DNA from: Octopus vulgaris
Lineage: Eukaryota
Reading direction: 5' to 3'
Length of the DNA stretch: 64,000 nucleotides
Assembly (NCBI GenBank): GCA_951406725.2
Contig: OX597825.1
Span: 58,590,001 to 58,654,000 of the forward strand
The notes beneath the pieces are model-generated. The model was not told the origin of the DNA. It did not search any database and saw only the letters and a list, made by a program, of their open reading frames with translations. Of the stretch, positions 13,373 to 26,765 are shown one piece after another. Positions within the stretch are counted from its first letter, which is position 1. Each line of letters begins with the position of its first letter. The translations under genes and the position numbers were made by a program.

Positions 13373-14962
13373 TGCTTTAAGTAACTGAAGATAATACTAT
13401 AAAATGGATAAGTTTTTAGTAAACTTGAAATTCCAAATCCAGCTCTTGTTCTATTTATTCATTAGAGAGAAATGGCCATAGACAAAGTGGATGTTCATCA
13501 TCATCGTTTAGCACATGCTACTGGCATGGGTGCGTTTATGTAGCACCAGCACAGGTGCATTAATGTAGCACCAGCACAGGTACTTCTTAAGTAGCACCGG
13601 CATCTGAAGGACAAGCCTGTATGTGTGAACAATAGCAATTTTACTTAGCTTGGTGCATCTTATCAAGTACAGCAAATAACCACATCTCCCAGTCCCTTGT
13701 CACTTTTCTCAATGAAGCCCATTGTCCAAAGTTCCTTTCTCGCCAATTCTACAATAGTAATTCTTAAAGTTATTGTTATATTTAGGAATGGTCATTTTGC
13801 CAGTTTAGCCAATAAAAACACACGCACTATATATTTGGTGTTACTTTGCTTCAGTGTTATTTATTTTTTACATTAATCTTAATCTTATTTCAGCCAGGTA
13901 TGAATGTGGAAAATATTCTGGCCTTTGTTCTATTATAATTAAGTGTCATTAAAATCTAATTTTTAATTAGATTTTCTGTCAATTCTATCCTTCATATCTG
14001 AGATTAATATAGCCAAGAGGAGAAAACAAAAAAATTCTTCTTCACTTCAGGCATTGATGATTTTACAAGATCAAAAAGGAAGTGTTTGAGCAACAATGGT
14101 TAAAACCTTTCTTCCAGACACACTGTAGACATATAGCTGGGAGCATGGCTGTGTGGTTAAGAAATTAATTTTGCAACCTCAATGCTTTGGGTTCAGTCCC
14201 ATTGTTCAACATCTTGAGAAAGTGTGTTCTACTACAGTTGTGGATCAGTCAATGCCGTGTGAATGAATTTGGTAAACAAAAAAACTGCATGGAAGCCCAT
14301 TGTGTGTATATATGTGTTCATGTGAATGAAGGTACATCTTTGTGTTTGCCCCACACCACCTTACAATGGTGTTGGTTTGTTTACATTCCCATAACTTAAT
14401 AACTCAGCAAAAGATACCGATAGAATAAGTACTAAGGGTGACTTGTTTGATTAAACCTTTCAAGGTGGTGCCCCAGCATGACCACAGTCCAATCAGTGAA
14501 TCACGTAAATGAATAATACTAAAAGAACTCAATGTTTTTATTGCTTGATCCTATGTCAGCCTACATCAGTTAAATCTCTGATCAAAAGTATTCCACTCAT
14601 GACCATCCTGTGTTTTTCTGTTTAGATATTCTGTACCAAGACTACATTATCTAACATACTCTTCTTTTTAAGATGGCAGAATGTGCCTTATGGGAGATTT
14701 AGCTGCTGTTTCCAGCAAGTCGACTGACCACATAGAGGCCTACTCATTGAATAATAGAAGAAGAATTATAGATGCCATCATGTACTCAGCTGCTGCTGTA
14801 TTAATTTCTTATCATATTCTATTCTTTTAAGCATTTCAGCCATGCAGCTGTTGTCATGCTGGAGGGAAAGATGTATATGTATTTTTGAATTTTACCTCAC
14901 ATTTCCAAATCTTGTATATTTCTCTATACATTTAAATCTTCATGTTTTAAATTTGTTTTCAG

Positions 14963-15007
14963 GACGAGAAAAACCAAGTTCTAACCACAGCGGTATGGAT
15001 TTATGAG
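14963..15007 (+). CDS. nAChR-like Cys-loop subunit, 45-nt internal exon (DEKNQVLTTAVWIYE, loop D Trp)
   Basis: ttttcAG acceptor and GTaaat donor, phase 0/0. Matches the conserved nAChR DEKNQxLTTxxW motif and the typical 45-nt exon size. Confidence 0.95.
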
Positions 15008-15227
15008 GTAAATCATTTTTGTTTTTTTTGCTACATAAATTCCAATAGGCAATAGTTAGTTTCTTGAAGTGCTAATAATTTTTAATTTACTTTCTATTGC
15101 ATATTCTATGGGTTTTAGTATGTCAATGTAATCATTATATACATACATACATGTATGTGTGTTTGCGTGTGCGTGCGCGCGTGTATATATATATATATAT
15201 ATATATAATCAAATCAAAATCAAAATC

Positions 15228-15728
15228 ACTTCGATGACTGGCATCCGTGCTAGCGGGGTGCAAAGAGCACCAATACAAGGGTGATCGTTGACAGAACGGC
15301 TATTCGTGTATGATCGTTACCAGCGTCGCCTTACTGGCACTTATGCCTGTGCTAGTAGGGTGCCAAGAACACCATCCGAGCGTGATTGTTGCCAGAGCAG
15401 CCAACTGGCTTCTGTACCTGTGGCACGTAAGAGGCACCATTCGAGCGTGATCATTACTAACGTCGCTTCACTGGCAGCTGTGTCGGTAGCACGTGTAAAA
15501 AGATTCGAGCGAGGTCATTGCAGTACCGCCTGACTGACCCCGTGCAGGTGGCACATAAAAAGCACCCACTACACTCTCGGAGTGGCTGGTGTTAGGAAGG
15601 GCATCCAGCTGTAGAAACTCTGCCAGATCAAGACTGGCGCCTGGTGCAGCCATCTGGTTGCCAGCCCTCAGTCAAAACCGTCCAACCCATGCTAGCATGG
15701 AAAGCGGACGTTAAATGATGATGATGAT
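15228..15728 (+). mobile_element. SINE family C, young near-full-length copy
   Basis: Repeated cgagcgtgatcgttaccag units, core ggaagggcatccagctgtagaaac and (GAT)n tail; CpGs retained. Confidence 0.8.
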
Positions 15729-16387
15729 ATATGTGACATGCTTAATTATGATTTTTCATGCAAAACATTAATGTTCAATATAGTATCCTATAGTATGCTT
15801 TGGTTTCAAGTGCAGTTAGAAGTTTTACAAGAATAACAGGAATGCATTATCTTACAAAGTTTAGGTGCACATCATTGCTTCTGGATAATATTTACTTTCA
15901 GTTATGAATATTTATTTTTAATTATAAATGTTTGATTTGATTTTAATAACATTTGATTTTAATGACACTTAATTATAATAGAACAAAGGCCAGAATATTT
16001 TCCATGTTCATATCTGAGAAATGAAGCCTGTGCTTGCTTGGTACAAAGTCAGCCAGACCCATGATCTAAGGTGTTTCAGTTAGGATTATCTTCTTTTTTT
16101 TTCTGACAATGTAATCTTAGTATCTAGGATTACTTTCTACAATCTGCCCTTCCATAGTTTTCTTTAAATTTGTCCGTGTCATAAAGAGGAAATTTTGTCT
16201 TCTGGCTTAAGACTGACTGATGATTACAGAACAACGCCAACACTAATAACAATATTTCAAATTTTGGCACATAGCCAGCATTTGGGGAGAGAGTAGTTGA
16301 TTGCATTGACCCTCCATATATGACTGGTACTGTATTTCATCTACCCTGAATGGATAAAAAAACAAGCAGAAGTAGGGGAACAGAGAT

Positions 16388-16620
16388 AGCGGTGAGCTGG
16401 CAGAAACTTTAGCATGCCGGGTAAAATGCTTAGCAGTATTTCGTCTGCCGCTACGTTCTGAGTTCAAATTCCGCTGAGGTTGACTTTGCCTTTCATCCTT
16501 TTGGGGTCAATAAATTAAGTACCAGTTATGCACTGGGGTCGATGTAATCAACTTAATCCCTTTGTCCTTGTTAGTCCCCTCTATGTTTAGCCCATTGTGG
16601 GCAATAAAGAAATAAGAAAT
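16388..16620 (+). mobile_element. SINE family B (ggcggcgagctggcagaa head; ctttcatcctttcggggtcgataaattaagtaccag core)
   Basis: Near identical to the copies at 26549, 35797, 37980 and 39955; B-box-like gagttcaaattcc. Confidence 0.85.
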
Positions 16621-17119
16621 AGACTTCTTTCTTTCTTTCATTAAGGAGTCAGTTGTGGGCAGGGATTGGCTCCACCAAGTTTAAAATGCCCAGAACATGT
16701 TGTATGTGGCACCCTTTCTGACTCCATCAAGAGTTAACGGACTATCATAGAGAGATAGGATGGAAGATATTGAATGGGCTGATTGTATTGATAAATGATA
16801 ACAAAGTTGTTCTTATTGCTCAGCTGGGTCAGTCTTGGCTGAAGAAACCCATGATCAAAACTTTTCCATATGTGACCACTCTGCCTTTTATTCAGTCATC
16901 TTGTATTTCAGTAACTACGCTATCTAATGTGTCCCCCACCCTCCTTTTGTAAAATGATTAGGTGTGATTTAAGGGGTATTTGGTTGCAACTTTTAGCAGG
17001 CTAAGTTGCAACAGGAATATTTCCCTCATGCCTGGAAAAAGGAAACTGTGGTACCTTTTGCCATATAGACTATACTTGTAGGATTTGTGGATACTGCTTC
17101 CTTACTTATCTACAGAACA

Positions 17120-17492
17120 ATTTGGACGAAATGTTTAATGCTATTTCATCTGTCTTTATGTTCTGAGTTCAAATTCCGCCGAGGTTGACTTTGCCCTTCA
17201 TCCTTTTGGGGTCAATCAGATAAGTACCAGTCACGCACTGGGGTCGATATAATCGACTTAATCCATTTGTCTGTCCTTGTTTGTCCCTTCTGTGTTTAGC
17301 CCCTTGTGGGTAGTAAAGAAATAAGTATTTCATCTGTCTTTATGTTCTGAGTTCAAATTCCACTGAGGTCGACTTTGCCTATCATTCTTTCAGGATTGAT
17401 AAATTAAGTATCAGCTGTGTACTGGGGTCAATCTAATTGACTGGCCCCTTCCCCCAAAATTTCAGGCATTGTGCCTAGAGTACAAAAGAATA
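17120..17492 (+). mobile_element. Head-to-tail family B SINE dimer (tail A then tail B)
   Basis: Two consecutive cores with different 3' tails. Confidence 0.8.
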
Positions 17493-17516
17493 AAACTATT
17501 TTGACTAAAAATAAAC

Positions 17517-17680
17517 GGTGCTATTTTAGTGTGCAGTCTACTGCAGTATTCATAGTCTGTACTATAAAATGACCTGACCTGGGTTAGGGTTAGGAGTAAA
17601 GCTAGGGTTGGGGTTTAGGGTTAGTGTTAGATTGCATACTTAAGTGTAAATAGCCAAGTAGACTACACACTCAAGGCACC
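17517..17680. mobile_element. Short TIR element with internal TTAGGG-like repeats
   Basis: Ends ggtgct...agtgtgcagtctact and agtagactacacactcaaggcacc; centre gggttagggttagg. Confidence 0.5.
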
Positions 17681-17749
17681 AAATAAATTCAATCTTTCTT
17701 CTTTTTCCTTCCTGATTTTATATTTTTCCTCTTTTATTTTCTTTATCAG

Positions 17750-17859
17750 GAATGGATTGACGAAAATCTGAAATGGGAACCTGAAGTATACCAGGGTTTA
17801 AATATGATTGTAGTTCCTTCGGAACTCTTATGGGTACCGGACATATTTATTTTTAACAC
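17750..17859 (+). CDS. nAChR-like subunit, 110-nt exon (EWIDENLKWEPEVYQGLNMIVVPSELLWVPDIFIFN-T, loop A)
   Basis: Long pyrimidine tract plus tcAG acceptor, GTAAGT donor, phase 0/2. WxDxxLxW and WxPDI motifs; typical 110-nt size. Confidence 0.95.
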
Positions 17860-17990
17860 GTAAGTAACACCTCATCATTGTCAAATTTTGTCCATGAAAA
17901 ATTACTCACTTGAGATTGCATATCATGTTGTTGTTTAGTTTTGGATCAGCAATGATGAAGCAAATCTATAACAAAACTATAACAATACCT

Positions 17991-18443
17991 CGGTTGTTTC
18001 CGTGTCAACTTGACAATTCACTTCGGATATCTTCATGACCTCCGTGACAGTGTGCGTGTTCTGTTTTTATGTATTTGTGTATTGTGGAATATAGATATAA
18101 AGAAATTATGCCACCAAAAAGCCTTGCATATATGTTCTTACCTTCTTCATATGTGTATGTAAAATCCGCAAATTTGCAGAGGTCACGAAGATATCCGCAA
18201 ATAATTGTTGTTGACAAACAACCGCAGAAATTGTATTCACCTCAATAGACGTCATTGATTGGTTGAAATTGCCGAAATGCAAGAAATTAAACAACAAATA
18301 GCTTACAAACTACAGAATTTTCTCAAGAAAGACAAGAGAAAAAGATGTTTTATGTAACACATTCTACCAGTATACAAAGTTTAAAAGTGTTTAGTTACAA
18401 AGAAATTATTTTAAAAATCTGCTGGTCAAAGTGAAAAGATCCC
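17991..18443 (+). mobile_element. Partial foldback/MITE element of the GGATC...GATCC family
   Basis: Internal inverted repeat (17991-18051 vs 18178-18224). Right terminus aaatctgctggtcaaagtgaaaagatcc resembles those at 41550-41578 and 43255-43282. Confidence 0.65.
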
Positions 18444-18685
18444 CAGCAGTCTCCGATGCATACCGGCCTCCCCTCTCCATGCCACCAGTGTTATCCAAGG
18501 GAAAGGCAACAGCAGATACAGCTTGGCACTTGTGACGTCGCAACCCATTTCTACAGCTGAGTGAACTGGAGCAACGTGAAATAAAGTGTCTTGCTCAAGA
18601 ACACAACACACAGTCCTGTCCAGGATTCGAACTCACAACCTCACGATCGTAAGCTTGATGCTCTAACCACTGACCCATGCGCCTT
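18443..18685 (-). mobile_element. tRNA-derived SINE family D
   Basis: Minus strand ggcgcatgggtcagtggttagagc...gagttcgaatcc (A and B boxes), then gttcttgagcaagacactttatttcacgttgctccag. Confidence 0.8.
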
Positions 18686-18844
18686 CACACACGCGCACAC
18701 GTATATACACACATATACATACGCATATACTCATGCATACATATGTGTGTGTGTACATATATATAGGGTTTTAACTGGCCCTTTTTTAGCATGTAAGGAG
18801 TCTTGTCAATGGTTTCTTTTGTGTATAAAAATATTTTATACATT

Positions 18845-18891
<47 letters not shown>

Positions 18892-19506
18892 ATATACATG
18901 CACACACACATATATACATATACACTACACTCATATATATATATATATACACACACACACGCATTTATACGTAAACAGGTAAACAGTGCATCTTACATGT
19001 TTCTTCACAGTTTCCATCGACCCAAAGACGATATAGTGGAAGATATTTGCTCTAGGTGCTGCGCATTGTGACCGAACGTGGAACCACGTGATAGCAAAGC
19101 TACTTTCTTAATCACAAAAAATAGCAGATGATGGAGTGCTAGCAGTGCTTACTACCTTCATTGATATACGAGAATCTTGCCTGAAACTGAAGGGAATCTA
19201 AAGATTATTTAAAACTGCTCTGCTATTTCTTTACTAATTTCAATTATTGATTCAAATGGCCGTGCAGAGAAAATGGAATTGCTTTTGGCCGGGGGCGGCT
19301 CTGTGGAATTTGAGATGATAGAATGACAAAAAGAGAATTTCTTAGAATATATTTTACATAGCACATTCGGGAAATCTCTCTCTTTCGATTTATATAGACA
19401 ATTTACACACGCACTCACTCACATATGATGTGGCTGTGTGTGTATATTTATTATATATAAATGTATAAATAACGTACACAGTTGTAAACATATACATATG
19501 TGGATG

Positions 19507-19548
<42 letters not shown>

Positions 19549-20619
19549 ACACACATATATATATATAGGGATAATACGTAGTGTTGCAAGGTTTATATAA
19601 TTACTTCACACACACAATGAATTTATCAACAATAAAGCGTTTTTTTTTTCCTTGGATTCTCTTTGTCTTGTTTAGAAACGCGGTAGGGAAAAAAAGCACT
19701 ACTGTGATAAAGATGAAAGAACGAGAAAGAGAGTATTAGAAACAGAGGTAGATTAAATAGATAAAAAGATAAGGTCGGGGCGGGGGACAAGAGTAGGAGT
19801 GGGAGAGTGAAAACGTCAGATGATAGGCAATCAAGGGAGCAGAAAGTGAAATATAAGGGAGAGATGAAAGAAAATGTGAAGGGGAAGAAATTCTCTTAAT
19901 CTTTTAATTTAATTCTTCTCTCTTCATCTCCTTTCTCTCTCTCTCCCTTTCCTTGTTGTCTTCCTCCTCTCTCCCTCACGTCTCTGTCTCTCATAGATTT
20001 TCTGGGTGCTTATTCCTTTTTCTTGTTGCATCTATCTACTGTAGAACTAAATCAACTTCCTGTTTGCAGTATTAGAAAAAGTGAAAGCCCGGCCACATAA
20101 CAAAGATTAAATTATGCTCGTGCGTGTGTGTATAAAATAAGAAGATCTGTTGGTGGTAATAGAAGTAGCCACTGTCGAATGGAGATTCTTTGTCAATATT
20201 TGCCTATGTTGTTTGAAAGTTATGCAAGGACAAATTGAAGCAGTTTCCCCAAATTCTCTTATCTTATTTGTTTTAGTCATTGAACTGTGGCCATGCTGGA
20301 GTAGCACCTTAAAAGGGATTTTAGTCGAGCAAATCGACCTCTGTACTTATATTATAGTCTGATACTTATTCTATCGGTCTCATTTGCCAAACCTCTAAGT
20401 TACGAGAATGTAAACAAACTTACACCGGTTGTCAAGCGGCAGAAGTGGAGTATACACAAAGACACAAAGGTTTAGTTTTTAGTCACCAAATTCACTCTCA
20501 CAGCATTAGCCAACCCCTGGCTGTAGTATAAGACACTTGCCCAGAATACTGCGCAGTGGGATTGAACTTGAAACCACATAGATCCAACCACAGCCATGTC
20601 TACACCTATGTGCATAGGA

Positions 20620-21500
20620 AAAGATTGGGAAAGATTTCTCTAGTTAAAGATTGGAAGAGTTTGATGAAGATGAAAGCTTATTCTGGAGTGCACTGCTTGA
20701 GGGTGATGGTAAGAACGCAGAAGGAATCAGCCTGTTGGGTGTAAAGATCGGAAGAAATTCTCATGGTTATGACTATATATACGTAGTGGAGAGATTGGTG
20801 GAATGGAGGACAAAAGTTTGTGAGGAATTTGACTGAACGGTTGTGTGGAGCTGAGAGCAAAACTGGCACCAAATGTCAAGGCTTTCTTCATTGGAAGTGC
20901 TGTTCGTTAAGGAGTGATGTATAGAAAAATTATACAAAGTTGGTTGAACCCTTTTTGGCAAGGGACCAGAAGGCTCTGACTGCATGCAGTTAAATAAAAA
21001 AAAAAACAGGAGATATTTCGGGGTGTGTGATGAGCAAGATGGTGTTTGCTTTTATGATATCAGACTTGCAGGCGATGCGATGGCAGGCAAAAAGCTTCCA
21101 TTTAGAAATAGTGGTGCTACTACAGGCACTAGCATAGCTAGAGTGTGTGCTGCCCCCTGACCCCACAAAAAACATATATTGCCTACAGCAGACCCAAAAA
21201 ATGGTGCCCCTACCACCGCCACCTAGCTACGCTAGTGACTACAGGTCGTGTTCTTTCCTTGTACTGCTGCATCATAGTAGCTTGTAAGATATTTGTACGT
21301 ACCTAGGGTTTGGGGACTTGCTTACTTTTAGCTGAGTAGTAACAGCAGGTGACGTATAGATGAAAAAACTAAGTTACTGTCAGAAGAGAGAAATAGAAAC
21401 AGCAGGTAATCTTAGAGGAATGAGGAAGAGAGAAACAAAAATGGCAAGGCTTCTGTTGCTGAAATCTAAACAAAAGAGGTGGATTCATGAGGTGAATAGA
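20620..21500 (-). mobile_element. Highly degraded LINE-like fragment
   Basis: Broken minus-strand frames loosely resembling the region between endonuclease and RT of CR1/Jockey-type LINEs; no diagnostic catalytic motif seen. Confidence 0.3.
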
Positions 21501-24060
21501 AATTCTACGTAAGTGACACCATCTTTTTGAACGAAGCTATAATATAGTGTAACCTGGACAGCAGAGATATATTAGAGATAAAGAGAGATTTATGTGTTAG
21601 AGATATTGTTTAAGTGGAAGGTTGTTGGAAGGTTCCAGATCAGACCGAAGTTCATGGCCGTTTGTGTAAAGGAGAGGAAATTTTACAGTTGATTGATTGC
21701 GTATCATATAGCAGTTATATAGACGTTTGTAGTTATGTGTAAGACATACATTACACGTTTGTATCTGGTAGTGTGGTATAGGTGTCATATATACATTACA
21801 TATGTGGGCGGGTGTAAACGTATGTGGTTATGTATATGTAGGTGTAATACAGATAGTATTACATGTTCGTGTCTGAGTGTATTTCTGCATATACGATAGT
21901 TGCAGAATGTGTGCGTGCGTGCATCCTCATGTAATTGAATATGTATTTTGTGGGTTGCATGTTTTAATCTATGCGTATGTATATGTGTGTGTATTTAAGC
22001 ATAAGTGTGTCTATGCCTACGTTTGTACCTGTCTGCCCTGTATACACGTGTGTTTGTGTGTAGATTTACATATATCTTTGCCTTATGTTTGATGTTTATA
22101 AGAAAAAATGACATAACTTTTAGGTATATCTTCATGAATTGCCTAGGTAAATATGATTGTATGCTTATATAGATACAAGCGCTATACACGTGAAAGATGA
22201 AGTTTGTATGTGATAATGACATACATTATGGAAACCCATTGCAGAAATAACACTGTGTAAAAAAAAAATATGATTTTCTTTGTATTTGGTTAGTAAATGT
22301 TACTTACTATTTGCGTCAATCTAGAAATCAAAGGAAATGACTACGATTACCTTCAAATTTTGCTTTTGTAACCTGTACAGCAATGTTTCGAAACTGACGT
22401 ATTTTCTATAACATAGATCAGATTCAGCGCTGAGTTACTGAAGTAGAAATATCGTTATAGTTATAGCAAATACCCAGCTCAATACCACAGATTTGCTTGT
22501 CAGTTGCTTGACTTTAACCACTTGAGCATGTCCCTTAGTGACTGACAATTTGTGCAGCTCTGATCACGAGCAGGAATAGTGGGGGGGGGGGGACATCATA
22601 GTTATGGGTTGAGGGGGGGATTCTTTAGGATTTGAATAAATGTAACAAAAGCGAAGTTTGATGGTAATATTAGCCATTTTTCATACTTTCTAGTGGTAAG
22701 CAAATAGAAAATAACAGTTGCTACCCAAGGACAAAAATCTTGTCACACGATGTAATTTTCCCTCTTATTGTAAGTGGGTTGTATTCGTTTTTGACTTTCT
22801 GTTTGGACATGAACTGCAATGGTACGGCTTCTGTCGTTAATCAGTTCTGAATTCACGCTTAATTTTAGCAGCCATTATTCTTCTGAAAAAGATTAGAACA
22901 GTTCTAAAACATTTTAAACTATCACTTCCTTTTCATTCATCAACATTTTCCAACGCGCTTTTGTTACTATCCAAGATTTTTCATTTTTTATATTCATACA
23001 CGTATTATCAGGGTAATTCAGTTCTGGGTACTAAATTACCCTGGCAATTGTTTGCATATTTATTCTTACTATATTCATGTAAATTCGAACGCAAATATGT
23101 TAGGCGTTGTTGTCTGTGTCTCAGGAGAACAACGTTTTATGATGACGTTGTGTTTGTACGAAGAAGAGTCTGACTGCGATTTTTGATAAACAAATTCTAT
23201 TCTTTCCGTGCACAAAAACAAAAGTTTTAAACGTTATTGTTCTTGGAATTGTTGTAACAGCAGATAAAGTGTGGTTAGTTGCTTGCCGTACTACTAACTC
23301 CTCTTTTACGTCCTCTAACTTTTTATTGCCTTTGCGTTGTCGGCTGCTGTCCGCCATCTCCTACAGTGTATATCAATGGTTTCTCTGCGGCATCCTTTTT
23401 TCTAGAAGTCACAGTGTGTCGAATTTATGCTGATTGATAGGCTCAGAAGGAAATGCGCCAAATGACGAAATCGTCGCTGGAACCTATTCCATGCAAAGCT
23501 GTGATTGCTCAGCATTTGTTGATCACATGGGCAATAATCTAGCGAATCGTGACACTGGGTGATTGCTGAATATTCCCGCTATAGTTTCTTAAACACTTGG
23601 CTCATTGATACAAAGAATTCTGAGACACAGGTGTTTCGACATGCTGTGCATTGTTGGCCAAAAGTATCCGGACTTTTGAGCATAAACAAACCGGTGGCTT
23701 TGTTTATAATTTCAAGAACAAACTGATCACTGCCAATATTTGCCAAGTAATGAAAGAAAATCGTTATTTGTACAGCAAGATCTGAAACGATGAAAACTTA
23801 AAAAAAAACAAAACTGTATGGATGCATCTACAGCGCCACCCCTACTAGTCACTTTGTCCCCAATATCCTTAGAAAAAATTTCAATAATATATCTCTAATG
23901 ATCTTCAACATTGATAAGAGGGTTTTCTCCACACACACACTTCCCCCACTCGCTCTTTAACTCTTTAACGTACTAGTAGAACATTATATAGATATATAAA
24001 CTCGCGCGTGCAAACGATAATTAGTTGTATAAATTTTGTTTTGTGTATTATGTATATATA

Positions 24061-24445
24061 TCTTTATATATAAAAGTCAAGTTGTGTGTCTGTCTTCTAC
24101 GATTTAGATTCCTAACTACTCCCACATTTTGCGGTGCAGTTTAACCAAAACTGGGTATCTTATAGTCGTGATTCATATCGAGCCCTTCTGGGTATTAGCG
24201 CGCGTCTACGATTTAAAAAAAAATTTACCATCATTTTTTCCATTTTAATGCATTTTTTTCGCTATTATATAAGGGAAGTAACTCTCTAAAAATGTCTACG
24301 ATGAGTCAACGATTTAAAAAATTTACCATCACTTTTTTCCCATTTTTAATGCATTTTTTTTGCTATCTTTTGGCTATAACTCTCTAAAAATGCTTATATA
24401 GTTATTTCCCTTACAAACCCGAGCAACGCCGGGTGATACTGCTAG
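24061..24445 (+). mobile_element. Non-autonomous Helitron
   Basis: 5' TC start after an A, 3' hairpin cccgagcaacgccggg followed by CTAG and then T (A/T insertion site); internal ~90-bp tandem duplication. Confidence 0.85.
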
Positions 24446-24611
24446 TATATAATACATCTGTTTGTTGTTTACACAACGAGTTGAAATTTGGACAACTACA
24501 AGTATACTATGCATGCATATGGGACGGTTTGTTAACGTCCATGTACGCATTTAATGTAGCTTGCAAGTTTTAATACTTTAGGTAGTAAATAATTATATTT
24601 CTTATATATAC

Positions 24612-24940
24612 TCTTTTACTCTTTTTACTTGTTTCAGTCATGTAACTGTGGCCATGCTGGAGCACCGCCTTTGGTCGAGCAAATCGACCCCAGGACTTAT
24701 TCTTTGGAAGCCTAGAACTTATTCTGTCGGTCTCTTTTGCCGAACTGCTAGGTTACAGGGACAAACACAGACACATAAACACACACACATATATATATAC
24801 GACGGGATTCTTTCAGTTTCCGTCTGCCAAATCCACTCCCAAGGCTTTGGTAGAAGACACTTGCCCAATGTGCCACGCAGTGGGACTGAACCCGGAACCA
24901 TGTGGTTCGTAAGCAAGCTACTTACCACACAACCACTCCT
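24612..24940 (-). mobile_element. SINE family A
   Basis: Reverse complement of the family A consensus with internal deletions. Confidence 0.8.
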
Positions 24941-25274
24941 ATATATATATATATTTGCTAAAAGCTTACTCATAAATTGATAAAAGTAATACGAAGGGGA
25001 AAAGCGCACGCACGCCCTCACACACTCGCGCGCGCGCACACACACAAAAACTATACGTATACAGTTATGTATTTACTGTTAAAGAATGGACAAATAAGGC
25101 ATCATCTCATACCTTTTTGTGGAGTTTAGGTGTAGCTTCGGACGGATGCCCCCTATTTTTATGTATCTCAATTACTCATGTAACGAAGAATTTGGTTATC
25201 GAACAGGTCTCCAGAATGCATTATGTTTGTATATAAAGACTCCACTGTATATAAATACATATGTATGTATGTAT

Positions 25275-25532
25275 GGATGTCATTATTCAGTTTTATTTCA
25301 AGATTTCTTGCCAATAGAGGAAGAGCCCGTTTCTAACCTAGATCCAAGACTCCTCCATTGGAATTCCAACATCAACAGCAGAGTACTTTTGGAAAGTCTT
25401 ACATATTTTTACAGTTCCAGTGATGGGATGGATCTGTAGTCTTCGAATTAGCTTTCTCCTTTCTGGTTTTGAGAAGCCTAATTTCTGAAGACTGGTATTT
25501 AGGCAGTGTGTTACATATCCCAGTGCCCCATA
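25275..25532 (-). mobile_element. 3' end of an RLE-type non-LTR retrotransposon (R4/Dong-like)
   Basis: Minus frame GALGYVTHCLNTSLQKLGF...IRRLQIHPITGTVKICKTF matches the C-terminal GALG...LQ...GT motif. Followed by a short 3' UTR and flanked by (CA)n and (CATA)n repeats. Confidence 0.75.
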
Positions 25533-25566
<34 letters not shown>

Positions 25567-25719
25567 ATCAGGAACTAGTATCAGTGTATCAGCAAAGCAC
25601 TTATTAAACAAGAAAAAATTACATGAAAAAAAAAACTACCGCAAAAAAGTAAATAAAATAATATCAGAAGAAAGCTGTCCTCCATCTCTAACCTCCACTC
25701 CTAGCCCTCTCTCTGTTTC

Positions 25720-25777
<58 letters not shown>

Positions 25778-25896
25778 CTTACCTTTTATCCTCCTACAAA
25801 ATATCATGATAAAATATGCATGATTGTAAACATGTTGACTTACATTACATATGTACTTAGCGTGAACTGAGTTTACAAGTAAAGGTGTGTGTGTAC

Positions 25897-25931
<35 letters not shown>

Positions 25932-26548
25932 TTTAACACGTATGTCAGTCATTTTGACGTTCTTGGAAGACAGCATAACTGACTTTCGGAAGATATTGCG
26001 AAGAGTATATAGAAGGGGAGAAAAATACTCGTGTGCATATACACACACATACATGCATATACGTATATGTGCATGTTTGGGTGTGTATATGTGTGTATGA
26101 CAATAAATGAGACTGAATGAAGTTCTTTTTTCAAAGAGATAAAAATTATAGAGCAGCTTTAGCGACATCAGCTTATATCAAGTACAAAAGCGAGAGAGTA
26201 TAAAAAAGTGAAGGAATGAAAAAAAAAATTACATAATAAAAATTTATCTATTTATTTATAATATATATATATATATATATAATATATATTATATGTAAAT
26301 TACGTGCGTGTGTGCGCTCACATCCGTTTGTATGTATCTATGTTATGTATTTCTCTTTTGAAATTGGATCGCGAAGCTAAATGCTATATAATAAATAAAT
26401 AGCATTTAAATTGGGTTGGAAAATCCTATGTGCTTCGAGATTTCCAATTCCAGAAAATTTACTTTCTCTCGGAAGTTTTATGAATTCGTATGACATCAAC
26501 AATATGTGTGTGTGTGTGTGTTGATATATACCTACCTATCTGCCTGAG

Positions 26549-26765
26549 AGGCGGCGAGCTGGCAGAATCGTTAGCACGCCGGGCAAAATGCTTAGCAGCA
26601 GTATTTCGTCTGCCGCTACGCTCTGAGTTCAAATTCCGCCGAGATCGACTTTGCCTTTCATCCTTTCGGGGTCGATAAATTAAGTACCAGTTGCATACTG
26701 GGGTCGATTTAATCGACTGGACCCTCCCCCAAAATTTCGGGCCTTGTGCCTAGAGGAGAAAATAT
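26549..26765 (+). mobile_element. SINE family B, full-length with tail B
   Basis: Intact head ggcggcgagctggcagaatcgttagcacg and core; similar tacct..tctgcct sequence on both flanks. Confidence 0.85.

Noticed and set aside
1-14962. Upstream receptor exons (signal peptide, RPV motif)
   Set aside because: No candidate with a suitable motif and splice sites found by eye; probably outside the window, though a short exon could have been missed.
18615-18685. Possible tRNA gene (A and B boxes)
   Set aside because: No proper acceptor stem, and it runs directly into a repeated SINE body; it is a SINE head.
23121-23357. Minus-strand 78-aa ORF with a good ATG context, possibly THAP-like or a transposon 5' region
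   Set aside because: No recognisable motif set in a single frame; cannot be supported.
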